This document shows, in pieces, positions 36,401 through 46,526 of a stretch of 64,000 nucleotides of DNA. A program made the translations under genes and the position numbers. Numbering within the stretch: position 1 is the first letter of the stretch; every line of letters begins with the position of its first letter. The notes beneath the pieces are model-generated. The model ran no database searches. It saw only the letters and a list, made by a program, of their open reading frames with translations, and was not told where the DNA came from. The stretch is taken from assembly GCA_946965045.2 (NCBI GenBank), contig OX337229.1, forward strand, positions 4,650,001 through 4,714,000. The letters are read 5' to 3'. The stretch comes from Epithemia pelagica. Lineage: Eukaryota; Protista; Bacillariophyta.

Positions 36401-36837
36401 CCTCCTCCAGAAACAGTTTCAATCGTCCTGGCCATGAGATTTGGTGTCAATGCTTCAAAGTCTTGCAAAACCAACATTCCCACCGTCGTTCCCAGCACCC
36501 GATGGCTGTCTCGATAGTAACACCAGGTAATATCGGTTTGACTGATAAAAAGTTCAAAATTGTCCACTTGATCAGAATTTTTCTCCAGCCCACGTTCTTT
36601 CTGTTTCTTTAGCTTTTTCATGCGTTTCTGCCGATGTGTCGAAAAACCCAGTTCCTTCTTGTAGCACCAAAGCACTTTGGGACGACTCTGGATGGTGCAT
36701 TTGGTCAAGATTTGATGCAAATTTGGCACCTGATCTTTTCCATGGTCACCGACAAGGACCAAGATGGAGCGTTGACTTGATACCACCGATCGTTCCAACA
36801 ATGTCCGAATTCGTTCGTCCAATCGCTTCCGAACCAT
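33466..36837 (-). CDS. NAT10: RNA cytidine acetyltransferase NAT10/Kre33
   Basis: MVRKRLDERIR..., LGTTVGMLVLQDFEALTPNLMARTIETVSGGG, TAARGRGKSA, IDEAAAIPLP, STVNGYEGTGR, HYKNTPNDLQ, RIVRIAVHP..QSMGYGSRA. Confidence 0.97.
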   Translation of the reverse strand: MVRKRLDERIRTLLERSVVSSQRSILVLVGDHGKDQVPNLHQILTKCTIQSRPKVLWCYKKELGFSTHRQKRMKKLKKQKERGLEKNSDQVDNFELFISQTDITWCYYRDSHRVLGTTVGMLVLQDFEALTPNLMARTIETVSGGGLIIFLLRTVKSLKQLYAMAMDVHNRYRTESAGDIVPRFNERFILSLGRCPNCVVCDDELNVLPLSRKALRSLEPRSMEKGEAGELVVPSTPEDDELKELKASLVDTPHVGVLVDLAKTLDQANALLVFLEACKEKTLKSTVALTAARGRGKSATIGLCLAGAISLGYSTVCVTAPEPENLVAVFDFLCRGLKALKFQEHMDYSVVYNKASGREATKCIIGINIFRSHRQTCKYIAPSETDKFTSAEIVAIDEAAAIPLPMVRALMRQPDRLTFLSSTVNGYEGTGRALSLKLIKELREAKLGRGAEVAAATEAAGGVVGAQSKKGEFKVHEQRWAAAAAAVSLGGDPSKLLGPLREIELQTPIRYAAKDPVERWLNDLLCLDSGSSANLKLNGGAPAPEDCELYSVDRDALFSFHKLSESFLQKIMGLYTSAHYKNTPNDLQMLSDAPSHGLYVLLSPSAEKDVDSLPDILAVIQVALEGKISRKAVEAQLARGHRSAGDLIPWTLSQQFGDSKFAQLSGARIVRIAVHPSVQSMGYGSRAIELLCRFYNGELVSLNRYDDDQSSDGDGERKQDYETDEETDGHKGQGILGESLRPKKELPPLLLPLTEVEAPRLDWVGTSFGLTYDLQKFWARAGLKMLYLRQTKNELTGEYSAIMVRALPKTSGVDASWFPAFVGDTRRRFISLLAGPFRDMDVRLALSVLENIDLQAAQKEAGLSISERSGTASVKMTSEELESFLTPHDLKRLEVYGRNLSDHHLVADLLPCISRLYFMGRLGSDFSVSSVQAALLCGLGLQNCSVNSLTKELNLPGNQVLAMFNKAMRKVSIAFNAILEAKEEAEMLGGEQRKQAEETADRMKDVAEKTLDEDVSEAAKEAMKTLQKQNEEPGDGRIATSVSGDDQYMQYAVKGSDDQWSNALKDKDLEGGTGTVQIQTIRVKRKSVDSDEIDHEVQQEQNLRNNKGKGSGKKTKKSKKRIK

Positions 36838-37106
36838 GGTCGCAACACCACAGAGAAGAAAAGATTTCGATGCGCAAAATGGAAAAAGTGGGGATGCGGG
36901 GACGGTTGGTTCTGAGATGATGCGCGACCCATCAACGGACGACGACCGACGACCAGCACCACTGGGAACGTCTGTCAGCGAACGGTTACCCCAGGAACTG
37001 TGTTGTGCCGGTGCCACAAATTCTGGTGTGCAACAACAAACAACAGTTCCAACGTTCCAACAACCAAGTTTGTTTCAACAGAGTGTGGAGAAGAAGTCCT
37101 TTGACA

Positions 37107-39029
37107 ATGACGGATAATGTTCGCGTCGAAGAGGAGGAAAATAGACTTCGCGAACGGTTGAAGGCGAAGTCTCAGATGCGTCGAGATCAAAACAATAGTA
37201 CCAATGGGAATGGTCGAACCGCCTCTGTGGAAAGAGACCCGGACACGCGACGTTCCGATCGTGGAGGTTCTCCTCCTAGGGATAGATTCCATCGTCACGG
37301 TGACCGAGGTGGACGTGATCGCTACTCGTCTCCTTACGATGACCGAAATCGGCGAATGCCCCCTCGAGACGACCGGAGACCACGGGATGACTTTTATGGT
37401 CGTCGGGGACCGCACGATTATCTACCACCTCCTTCTCGGAATCACCACCGACCGCGAAGTCAAGACCCCTATTACCCGCCACCGTCGAGAGGCAGCGGAG
37501 GTCGTAGAGGACCACGGGGAGATGATCGTTATGGACGAGACCACGATGGTGGTAGAAATCCTCCATCCCACCGGCACCGGAACAGATCCAGGTCTCCCAG
37601 TCGAAGCAGGAGCAATTCCTACGATGACGACGGTTCGTCTCGTTCTGGATCTCGAGGACGAGGCCGCTACCGCCAACGCCGATTTCATCGCCGGTCGCGC
37701 TCACGATCACGTTCATTGAGTCCTTCTGAATCAGAATCCGACTCGGAATCCTCCCAATCGTCGGTGGAAAGTGTCAAAGAGGATGGGACCAAAGAAGACT
37801 CCAATTCCTACACGAAGGATCAGAGAACTGTTTTCGTGACCCAGTTGGTTCAGCGGACTGTTGAACGTGATATTAAGAAATATTTCGCCAAGAATAACCT
37901 CAAGGTAAATGAAGTAATTTTGCTTCGTGACAAGCGCACTGGACGTCACAAAGGTTGTGCTTATGTTGAATTACGCAGGATTGAAGATGTTCCCACAGCG
38001 GTTGGTTTATCCAATATAGCGCCTTCTTTTCAGCGCTTTCCGATTCTCATTAAAGCCTCTGAAGCGGAGAAGAATTACGTTTCTGGATTGGCGTCGTCGG
38101 CCCTCACGGCATCCGACATGGGACAAACACTTTCGGCAGGCCCTTTGCGAGGCCCTGATGGCAAGTTGATTGAAGCTCAAAAAGTGTACGTGGGCTCTCT
38201 TGACCATTCTGTTACCCAAGCACATTTGTTTGTTTTGTATAGCCAGTTTGGACAGCTCGAGAAGGTTTCTTTACAGGTGGATTCAGCTTCTGGTCAGAGT
38301 AAGGGATTTGCGTTCTTGTCCTTTCGCGACCCCAAAGAGGCCAACCTGGCCATTCAAACCATGGGTAATCAAGTATTGGCGGGACGTCCAATGAAGACTG
38401 GTTGGGCTGTCAATCAAATTGCCTCCATTCCTGGAGCAGAAGTGGTAACGTCGGATGAGTTCCCTCCTGATGCATCAGCACGGGCAACCAATGCCTATAA
38501 AGTTTTGGGTCAGCTAACCATGGGTGTTCCTGTGTCTCAGATTGGCCAAATGGCCTCAAGTACGACTACTGCACCAACGAATCCTTCGGCGAATCGGGTT
38601 CCTACCGTGGCAGAAGCAAGGGCTACCTTGGCAGCTTCGGGACCAATGACTGTAACGCATGAGCAACCGGTGGTGGCTCAAGTGGCGGCCGTTGCGGCTC
38701 CTCCTCAAGTTCCAGCGACCGACCCCACCAAGGTTGGCAATGCAGAAAATCCTTCCAATCATATCTTGGTACACAACATGTTTGACAAGGATCAAGAAAC
38801 GGAAGCAGGCTGGGAAAACGATATCAAGGAGGAGTTTGAAGAAGAATGCACCAAATTTGGTAAAATATTGAAGATTAAAGTCATGTCCACGGAACCCGGC
38901 GGTAAGATTTATGCATCCTTTGATACCAAAGAAGGAGCTCAAAACTGTGCTTCCAGTTTAGCAGGGCGATGGTTTGATAAGCGAAGGCTTCAGGTGGAGT
39001 TTGTTACGGAAAGTGCGGTGCCTGTATAA
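37107..39029 (+). CDS. RBM39: RBM39/CAPER-like splicing factor (RS region, 2 RRM, UHM)
   Basis: RS/RD-rich N-terminus, DQRTVFV...DKRTGRHKGCAYVE, KVYVGSL...SKGFAF, and ILVHNMFD...DIKEEFEEEC.KFG...GRWFDKR. Likely start MTDNVRV at 37107. Confidence 0.9.
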   Translation: MTDNVRVEEEENRLRERLKAKSQMRRDQNNSTNGNGRTASVERDPDTRRSDRGGSPPRDRFHRHGDRGGRDRYSSPYDDRNRRMPPRDDRRPRDDFYGRRGPHDYLPPPSRNHHRPRSQDPYYPPPSRGSGGRRGPRGDDRYGRDHDGGRNPPSHRHRNRSRSPSRSRSNSYDDDGSSRSGSRGRGRYRQRRFHRRSRSRSRSLSPSESESDSESSQSSVESVKEDGTKEDSNSYTKDQRTVFVTQLVQRTVERDIKKYFAKNNLKVNEVILLRDKRTGRHKGCAYVELRRIEDVPTAVGLSNIAPSFQRFPILIKASEAEKNYVSGLASSALTASDMGQTLSAGPLRGPDGKLIEAQKVYVGSLDHSVTQAHLFVLYSQFGQLEKVSLQVDSASGQSKGFAFLSFRDPKEANLAIQTMGNQVLAGRPMKTGWAVNQIASIPGAEVVTSDEFPPDASARATNAYKVLGQLTMGVPVSQIGQMASSTTTAPTNPSANRVPTVAEARATLAASGPMTVTHEQPVVAQVAAVAAPPQVPATDPTKVGNAENPSNHILVHNMFDKDQETEAGWENDIKEEFEEECTKFGKILKIKVMSTEPGGKIYASFDTKEGAQNCASSLAGRWFDKRRLQVEFVTESAVPV

Positions 39030-39626
39030 GAGCGGACCTGAAAATGAAAGGACTTGGTCCGTGAGAGTGTGGGGAATGCATCCACTGAGTCATTGTACTT
39101 GTGGAGCTAATGTAGTAGGTTCTCAGATTACTATTAGATCGTTAGTTGATCTGGAAAATGTGGACTAACCTGGCCTTGCCTGCAATCTTTTCTATCAGGT
39201 CGCAACGTGCTTCGGACGCGCATGGCTTTTTCCCATTTGGGCGGACAATGGAGGAACATAGTCCTGCACATGCAACGTTCTACTCGCCAGTTTACTCCAG
39301 ATCACGACCCTTCATTGTCTCACCTGGAAAAATCCCGGTAAGTCCAGTTCTCTAGCTTCGCACGGTTTTGCGGAGGACATCAGTTAGGGGACTAAAAGAG
39401 GTTACTCGCGCAAGGAAAGTAGAATCAATAATTTAAGTATCAGTTTGTTTCAATGCTGCAAGAGCAAACAATCTCTCTACATTTATGAAGAGACATGAAT
39501 CTATTTCCAAATTATCTCTGCCTGTGCATGAGGAGCGAACAATGGCACATATTACAGGGTTCCATTGCGCTCTCTAGCTAGCGGAAATGACGACGATACA
39601 GCTGTTGTCAAAGCCACATGGCAATA

Positions 39627-40139
39627 CTACACTTCACATGGACGCGACTTGGAGAAGAACCTCCGAGGCGATCTGGTGGAAGGCGTGAAAGGTGAAGAGG
39701 TGGATGGGGTGAGGGGAGTGCTTTGCCTCGGCGAAAGGCTGCTGCTCGTTTTTTGAGTGGACGACGGTGAGGGAGGCGTGTGAGGGGATTCTGGCTTTTG
39801 CATAGGACTAGCTTGTTGATGTTGTTGTTGGTGCTCGACGAGCGCATTGATACGTAGTTCCAACTCATCCACTTGTTTCCCCATTCCATCCATTTGTGCC
39901 ATAATGGATTTACTCATATGGCTGACACGAGAATTCTGTAAGTTGGTAAGAGAATCCAAATAAGCACCAAAGGATCACAGTGGGTACAGCGGTCGAAATC
40001 ACCCGAAATACAAACAACACCTTACCATGGTCGCAACCAAATCCTCCACTAGTGCACCCAAAACTTCAGATGTTTCTGGACTTGAACCAAGAGACTTTGA
40101 TCTCGAACTTTCAGAAATGATTGGTGAATCGGAGGCCAT
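39627..40139 (-). CDS. HSBP1: Heat shock factor binding protein 1 (HSBP1) family; intron 39936-40025
   Basis: Manual splice gives MASDSP...VLGALVEDLVATM|NSRVSHMSKSIMAQMDGMGKQVDELELRINAL, matching the HSBP1 coiled-coil pattern (MS.SI...ID.M...IDELE), followed by an S/P-rich tail. Confidence 0.75.
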
Positions 40140-40384
40140 GGTACCAAGTCGTTCCAGATAATAAATGGCAACTTCTTGCTTGTTGTTCGAATGATGTATC
40201 GATCTTCGTACCTCGCACTTCGTCCTCAGTTTTCTCTGTGGTCTTGGCTAGATTGGAAGTTGGTGTCGGGGACTTGGAAAGGAGAATGTTCCTCCCGGAA
40301 TTAACTGGTTCCGAATGCCAACGTAAACGCCAGCCGGTCCGAACGTACAAACATTGTTCGATATGGCGCCTGGACAGCCTGGAC

Positions 40385-40558
40385 TGTATAAATCCTGCCA
40401 CTACACGCTACAACACGGTGTATACGGCGTGCAACAAGTGGCTAGACCAAAATTATGACTAGAAAACTAGATGCGTAGCAGCATATGTAGGCGATGCATA
40501 TTCGCCAATATGCGACCATGTATCCGCCAATATGCGACCTGTTGGCGGGATTTATTCA
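40385..40558 (-). repeat. 3' LTR (174 bp)
   Basis: TGTATAAATCC...GGATTTATTCA on plus strand, TG..CA termini with an 11-bp imperfect inverted repeat; identical by eye to 47301-47474. Confidence 0.97.
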
Positions 40559-40712
40559 GTCCCCGCGAGCTAGATCGGAAGCATTTCGACTAGGTCGCCC
40601 ACGACTTGTTTCAGCAGAGGCCGGTCCATCAGGACTATTTTTTCTCAATTAAGAGGGGTGTCTATTCGGACAATAAAAGAGGGGTGTGAGGACAATGAAT
40701 TCGATCATGTAA

Positions 40713-43700
40713 TCACCACAAAACACGTTGTGCTAGAAAACGCAATCGGGGTCCTGGTAACGATTTTGTCAGCAGGTCCGCAAGATTGGTTTCACCTTCT
40801 TCCCAGGCGATACGCACGATGTTGGCGGCTTGTGCCTCACGTGTGCGATGGTAAGCAATCGCATTGTGTTTCTTCTTCAGAGTGACTTCAGGCATGGTTG
40901 CACTCTTGAACACAGATTCATTATCACAGAACACATTGGTTTCGCCATCAAGTGGAATGCCCATCATTCTCAACTTGTAACGGAAACCCTCTATCTGTTC
41001 GATGGCAGTCTTCATTGCGACAAATTCGGAGCCAAATGTTGATGTCTCAACAGTACTCTGTCGTTTGGAATACCACAAGATAGGTGCTCGTTGTAAGAAC
41101 ATAAGAATACCAGTTTGTGAGCGACGCGTAGCAAGACAACCAGCGTGATCGGCATCAACAAAACAAGTTGTGGTAACAGCCCGTCCACGAGGTGGTGGCA
41201 TATTGGGCGGCAAAGGGTCACTAGCATCAGGGTAGTATTCAGACCAGTCTGCCTGGAAGAAACGATCCTCGTCGAAGGTCGGAGTTGTGTCGTCGAACAC
41301 TAGGGTGGAACGTCCATGCGCTTTTAGGTATGCAAAAATGTGCAAGGCTTGTTCGAGGTGTCCTTCACGTGGCATGGCTAGATATCGGGACAGTTGTGAT
41401 ACGGCAACAATGATATCGATACGACCAAGTTCCACAACCCAACGAAGGATACCAATTAGTCCCTGATAGTAATTTGCACGTCGGGGGTCCAGTTCAGGAG
41501 ATGAGTCGATCTCAGGACGATACCCAGTAGCAAGCGGAGTTGAGACTCGTGTCTGTAGCTTTTGGCCAACTTTAGACAGTTCGGTCTCAATTTCAGATAT
41601 GGCACGTTTAACATATTTGTCGGAGGACATGGCCCATCGGGGTTTGTTCTCAGGATCGTCAGTATCTGGTATGGTATAGTGTCGAATCTCAGATCCCAAG
41701 TATTCGTCTGGGTCTTTAATACTCTCGGGTTTGATTGTATACCGTTTTTCCAGATCATTCATGATCGATCGCGGATCATGACTGACACAGAGTATGTCGT
41801 CTATGTAGACAAGTACATACTCATAGTATTGGAACCCATCAGATGGTCGGACTTGAGGTCGAAGCCAGACATCAGGGTCAGCCAAGCAACTGTTGAACTT
41901 CATTTCACGAAGTGTTGCGGCAATGTGATCACGCCAACGAGCAGCAGAACTCTTCAAACCATACAGAGCACGAACAATCAGTGCAGGTCGGCCAACGTTT
42001 TCGGGACCAAATTCTAGTCCCGCCGTAATATAAGTTCGCTCTTTTGTTGGTGCATTGAGGTATGCATTTTGTACGTCCCCGGCCAACACGTCCAGGCCAT
42101 TAAGGGCAGCGATAGTGAATGCAATTCGTACGCTATCACGGGATACAACACTGGAGTACGTGGATTCCTTCGGTGGATCAGTCTTATGCCCACCGGCAAC
42201 CAGTCGGGCTTTGCGGCGAAGATCAGACTTGATATCAAAGACCATATGACATGGGATATGTTTGTATCCAATTGGTACTTTGTCATCATCACGGAATTCA
42301 AAGGCAATGCGAACATTTTTCATCTCCTTTTCGATGGCTTTCCGCCAGAAATCAGTCCCCGTTCGACGATCAATCTCAAGAGCTTCTTGAACGGTTTTGG
42401 GCAGTTCAATACCATATTTGTGGGTACGTTTCCAATAGCGAGATTTTACTTTCGCAAGAATCACACCACGTTTGCGTAACGTATGTGGAACCCACCAGGC
42501 ATAGGCCGGTTCTTTGGCAAGCCCCGCTGCAACAGCATATTCGGCTAGTTGTACAGGCGAATCGTTTTTGAGATCTTTGAGAGGGATCCAAACAGTAGAA
42601 CCATCGGAGAGTTCACACTCATGTTCCCAACCAACGGTTGTATGGCGTTTACGGCCATTCAACCAGTCCGGATCCGTTCGGAGGACAGCGTCCTTGGTTT
42701 TGCGATGTCCAATGATATCCTTTACAATGGCATAGGAGTTGCCCTCAGTGTCGATTTGAGAGTAAAGGTTCTCGGCAATGAGATTGGCAGCAAGAGATTC
42801 GGTCGATCCATCGGGATACAGCACGTCATAGAAACGTGTGTCTAAGATTGGATTTGGATCACGTTTGCCAATTGGTCGGCCAAGTTCATCTTTGGAGCGG
42901 CCTATGATCTTGGCTCTGGCCTGGTCCCCGCCATGCGGCAGCATGACTTCGGCTGTGAGATATTCATCTAACTCCTCCGGAGTGTAGTCGTCAGCATCAG
43001 GGAGAGGTGTATCGGAGTCAAGAGCAGCAGGAAAGAGAGATTCGCTTTCGTCTTCTCCAAAGAAATCATCGGGTGGATCAGGGGAAACGTTGGCGGCATC
43101 TTCATCGGAGGACGGCGATGTATCCACGAGGAGAGTCTTGATAAGACCATCATAGACTTCCAGTTGTTGACGGATTGTGGGATTTTTCATATCGTCTTCA
43201 GGGATTGCCCACACATCTTTTCGGACAATAACTCGACCTTTCTCTGTCAAGACGTTGAAGGCCATGTCATCAATACAGTCATCGGCAAGACCAAGCCAGC
43301 GCCCAATACATTTACGCTCATGAGGGAAGTCATGCGACGGCGTATAATAGTATACAGGTTGATAGAAATCAAACAAAGCCATGGGAGAGATGTCGGGTGT
43401 CGATCCAAGAACGTGTTCAAATGGCGTTCGTCCATTAAGTTCAGGGATATCAGAGGCAGTTAACTGGCGGACAGAGGCAACCCACTTCAGCGCATAGGAC
43501 CATGTGCGTCGTGGTGCACCAGTTTGACGTAACTTCCTAATAACACCTTTCTTCAACTCACGGATGCTCGCTTCCGCGGCATTCTGCCATTGACTGTATG
43601 GGACGGTCACTTCTTGTTTGATACGGTACTCATTACAGATCTCACGAGAACGTCCATGAAATAGCTCTTGCGCACCATCAGAAATTAACGTCTGAGGAAT

Positions 43701-44963
43701 TCCAACATTCTGGATAAGGGACATCAGACCTTCAGGGTGTTGCTTCTTTGATTTCCAGGGATAGACAAAATCATAGCCCTTTCCATCAGTAAATACGGAA
43801 GCACCCGTGTGAAGATCAAGCGATGGGCACTTGGAGAACATCTCGTCGCAAAACCATCGTCCCTTGACATTCGGGAATTTGAGCCATGGAGCTTTCTTTC
43901 GGACCTTGCGTTCGGATGGGACAAGGACATTTCGGACCCCAGCCTGGGTTGTCACTTGTAAAGTCTTCTTGGCCTTAGTAAGGCCGACATTCCATCGAGA
44001 AGACAAGGTCTGGGGATCAAGTACAGTCTTAGAGGAAGATGGCAAGACTTTTACGGCTTTCGTTGGTCGTGACGAAGCAGACTTAACGGCTTTGAGAAAG
44101 TATTCGTCGGGATCAAGGTCCTCAATGTCCACAGTGTCCTCGGCACTTGGTGGATGGGACACTCGAACGGCAGCAACTAAGCGGTTGCATAGTTCATCCT
44201 CGTCATTCTCAAGTTCCATGCAATAGCCATAGGTTTCGTCGTATGATCGGACGGCAGCAACCAATCGCGGGACACAGGATGCGGCAATCGAATTCGGATC
44301 AACTTGGCGGACAGCAGATGCATTGGATGCATTGGCTTTCTCCTCCGCGGCAGCAAAGGTGGACGAATGAGGGTGCCACACCGAATCAGCAGTCATGACT
44401 ATCCGTGGGAGCGACTCGAGCTCCTCCGGGGTTGGCTTCGTGGTCGCGAAGCCAGAGATAACACCGGACATTTCTAGAGGAATGGTCAGGTCAGCATCGG
44501 GAATACGAATGCTGTGTGTGCTGTAAGGGTCAAACTGACGCGGCACATCATGGACAATGAGGCCGTTTGAACGCAGTTGATTGGGACAAATCAACGATTG
44601 GGACAATCGGTCCCCGAAGAATAACGACTCGTGAAACAGCAATAGATAACTATTGTTGTGGGCATCAGTCCAGACAGTGGCGGTCGTGGTGACGGGGATA
44701 TGCTCGAGGGGTTTATATTCCTCTGAGAATGGGGAAACAGTGATGTAACGGTCAGGTTCCCTGAATTTCACAAAGTTGCGACCAACACAACAAGTGTCAG
44801 CATGCGAGTCCATTTCACATGTCAGATCAATCGGATCAGTGGTATGGGACTGTGATACGGCAGCACATAAACGGTGTGCAAAGGCTATGCTGAAGGTAGG
44901 GGTGCCTACAAGTGAGAAATGTGGACGGATAAGATTCGTTTTATCAATTTCATCACTGGGCAC
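40713..44963 (-). CDS. pol: Copia Pol: protease, integrase, reverse transcriptase, RNase H
   Basis: EMDSHADT protease, integrase core (WFCDE...ISDG...QNAAEASIRELK), ALYGLKSS, YVLVYIDDIL, DADHAG...DNESV...ADLLTK. In frame with gag across one TGA. Confidence 0.97.
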   Translation of the reverse strand: MPSDEIDKTNLIRPHFSLVGTPTFSIAFAHRLCAAVSQSHTTDPIDLTCEMDSHADTCCVGRNFVKFREPDRYITVSPFSEEYKPLEHIPVTTTATVWTDAHNNSYLLLFHESLFFGDRLSQSLICPNQLRSNGLIVHDVPRQFDPYSTHSIRIPDADLTIPLEMSGVISGFATTKPTPEELESLPRIVMTADSVWHPHSSTFAAAEEKANASNASAVRQVDPNSIAASCVPRLVAAVRSYDETYGYCMELENDEDELCNRLVAAVRVSHPPSAEDTVDIEDLDPDEYFLKAVKSASSRPTKAVKVLPSSSKTVLDPQTLSSRWNVGLTKAKKTLQVTTQAGVRNVLVPSERKVRKKAPWLKFPNVKGRWFCDEMFSKCPSLDLHTGASVFTDGKGYDFVYPWKSKKQHPEGLMSLIQNVGIPQTLISDGAQELFHGRSREICNEYRIKQEVTVPYSQWQNAAEASIRELKKGVIRKLRQTGAPRRTWSYALKWVASVRQLTASDIPELNGRTPFEHVLGSTPDISPMALFDFYQPVYYYTPSHDFPHERKCIGRWLGLADDCIDDMAFNVLTEKGRVIVRKDVWAIPEDDMKNPTIRQQLEVYDGLIKTLLVDTSPSSDEDAANVSPDPPDDFFGEDESESLFPAALDSDTPLPDADDYTPEELDEYLTAEVMLPHGGDQARAKIIGRSKDELGRPIGKRDPNPILDTRFYDVLYPDGSTESLAANLIAENLYSQIDTEGNSYAIVKDIIGHRKTKDAVLRTDPDWLNGRKRHTTVGWEHECELSDGSTVWIPLKDLKNDSPVQLAEYAVAAGLAKEPAYAWWVPHTLRKRGVILAKVKSRYWKRTHKYGIELPKTVQEALEIDRRTGTDFWRKAIEKEMKNVRIAFEFRDDDKVPIGYKHIPCHMVFDIKSDLRRKARLVAGGHKTDPPKESTYSSVVSRDSVRIAFTIAALNGLDVLAGDVQNAYLNAPTKERTYITAGLEFGPENVGRPALIVRALYGLKSSAARWRDHIAATLREMKFNSCLADPDVWLRPQVRPSDGFQYYEYVLVYIDDILCVSHDPRSIMNDLEKRYTIKPESIKDPDEYLGSEIRHYTIPDTDDPENKPRWAMSSDKYVKRAISEIETELSKVGQKLQTRVSTPLATGYRPEIDSSPELDPRRANYYQGLIGILRWVVELGRIDIIVAVSQLSRYLAMPREGHLEQALHIFAYLKAHGRSTLVFDDTTPTFDEDRFFQADWSEYYPDASDPLPPNMPPPRGRAVTTTCFVDADHAGCLATRRSQTGILMFLQRAPILWYSKRQSTVETSTFGSEFVAMKTAIEQIEGFRYKLRMMGIPLDGETNVFCDNESVFKSATMPEVTLKKKHNAIAYHRTREAQAANIVRIAWEEGETNLADLLTKSLPGPRLRFLAQRVLW

Positions 44964-44969
44964 ACAGCC

Positions 44970-46526
44970 TCAGGTTTGCTTTTCAGCAAGGGCAACTTTC
45001 GCAACAGCAGTTGTAGGCTCCTTGGTTTCATCAGGGTTGTGCGGCTTTGTAGATCCTTTTTTACTATGGGCAAAGCGTCCGAAACTGTTTCCGGCTGAGG
45101 TTTTGGGAACAGTTGGTTCATCAGCAACAGGAGGATCAGGCTCGGAATGGTTTGGCGCGTCGTCGCCATCCAGGTCAGTGGTCTCCAATTTCATGTCATC
45201 AGACTTTGGAGTTTCAGTTTTACTCAACTTGCGAGAGCCATTTTCATCTTCAGTTCGCACGGCTCCGGCCTTGCGCTTTCCATTAGCGTCGTTCTGTGCT
45301 TTGTCTTTCTGTTCTTTACGGGCACGGAGGATTTCGGCCTTCTCTTCATCAGAGAGCTTGCGCCATTCATCCAAACTGTAATGACGTGTCTTCTTTTTAT
45401 TCTGCTTGTTACGACCATTCTTCTTTCCACTAGTCTTAGTCGTACCCACACCAGCAATCTTTCGATTCTCGTCATTGGTCTTGTCGGTACGGGATGCAGC
45501 AATCAACGTGCCAAAATACTGCTGGCATGCTTCAAAATCAGAAAGCTTTGCTGCGTCACCGTTGACGACCGTCTTTCCCGCCGCCAAAGAGGGATCCGAT
45601 ATACCTTTGAGGAAATCGGTTACCTTTTTGGTTTCGGCAACGGGTTCATCAAGTTCAGCCAACGTATTATGAGCTTTCTGATGGCGGTGAACATATTGTT
45701 GATACGAGAAACGACCGCGGCCTGTAAACTTCGCGTCGGCGATAGCAGCGTATGCTTCTTTCTTGCGGATGGTGACAGCTGCTGTGCCAGTAGCTTGGCG
45801 AGTCAACGCAAGATATGCCTCACGGCCGTCCTTCTTCTTTTGGTGTGGCTTGATGAACGTCAGGCCAGGTCCGCCAACAAGAAAAGGTTTCATCAGTGTG
45901 AAGACGCGTTGATTGTCAAGGGCATACTGATCACCTTGCAGGATAGTAGTAGCAATCAAATCGTCATCGATAGTATCGTAGGCAGCATTCCTTGCTTCAG
46001 AACCGACAGGTTTAGTTTCACGAAGGACGTATGTCAAAGGGACACCCGTTGTGGGATTGCGATGCTGTGCGAGGAACGTGAGCAAGGCATCGTTAAACAC
46101 CTCCCACTGAGTAAACGAAGTCAACTCTTTCGGTGGGGTCAGTTCATCGGAGGCAACTTCCTTGTTGAGTGCAAACAGTTCCTGGGTACGTTTGGTCCAT
46201 TTCTTGATCAGGGGCGGATCAGAGAAAAGTGAGACTTTAAGAGCCTGACCACGAGACGAACGGTATTCGAGCCACATTCGGAAGCCGTGGAGCTGCAGGT
46301 TAGCACTGAAGGGAAAGGCCCCGTTCTCTGGAGGGGTCTTCGCCATCATCTTCAACATCGACGGCACTTGATGGACCGCAACAGTCATGAACGATTGAGC
46401 ATCATCAAAACCCTGCTCAATGATGTAGGTCACGGTGGCATCATTGTATCCACAGCGTTTAACGGCAGCCTTGAAATCTTCCTTGGGATTTTCAGGGGCA
46501 GTGGATGAAGACATGGTGGAAGGCAA
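44970..46526 (-). CDS. gag: Copia Gag
   Basis: 518 aa with GVPLTYVLR, DNQRVFTLMK, DGREAYLAL, KVTDFLKGI and YSLDEWRKLS motifs of diatom copia Gag; lies between the 5' LTR and pol. No CCHC knuckle seen. Confidence 0.9.
   Translation of the reverse strand: MPSTMSSSTAPENPKEDFKAAVKRCGYNDATVTYIIEQGFDDAQSFMTVAVHQVPSMLKMMAKTPPENGAFPFSANLQLHGFRMWLEYRSSRGQALKVSLFSDPPLIKKWTKRTQELFALNKEVASDELTPPKELTSFTQWEVFNDALLTFLAQHRNPTTGVPLTYVLRETKPVGSEARNAAYDTIDDDLIATTILQGDQYALDNQRVFTLMKPFLVGGPGLTFIKPHQKKKDGREAYLALTRQATGTAAVTIRKKEAYAAIADAKFTGRGRFSYQQYVHRHQKAHNTLAELDEPVAETKKVTDFLKGISDPSLAAGKTVVNGDAAKLSDFEACQQYFGTLIAASRTDKTNDENRKIAGVGTTKTSGKKNGRNKQNKKKTRHYSLDEWRKLSDEEKAEILRARKEQKDKAQNDANGKRKAGAVRTEDENGSRKLSKTETPKSDDMKLETTDLDGDDAPNHSEPDPPVADEPTVPKTSAGNSFGRFAHSKKGSTKPHNPDETKEPTTAVAKVALAEKQT

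Noticed and set aside
33466-39029. Overlap of NAT10 and RBM39 N-termini suggested by the ORF track
   Set aside because: Artefact of non-ATG extensions; homology-supported starts (36837 and 37107) do not overlap.
40283-40292. Heat-shock element upstream of HSBP1 (AGAATGTTCC)
   Set aside because: Only two nGAAn units; a third is out of register.
44970-44972. Selenocysteine recoding of the gag-pol UGA
   Set aside because: The position is a linker, not a redox site, and I could not identify a SECIS; readthrough or mutation is more parsimonious.
45147-46232. 361-aa antisense ORF opposite gag
   Set aside because: No ATG-led recognisable domain; composition is the expected shadow of a biased coding strand.
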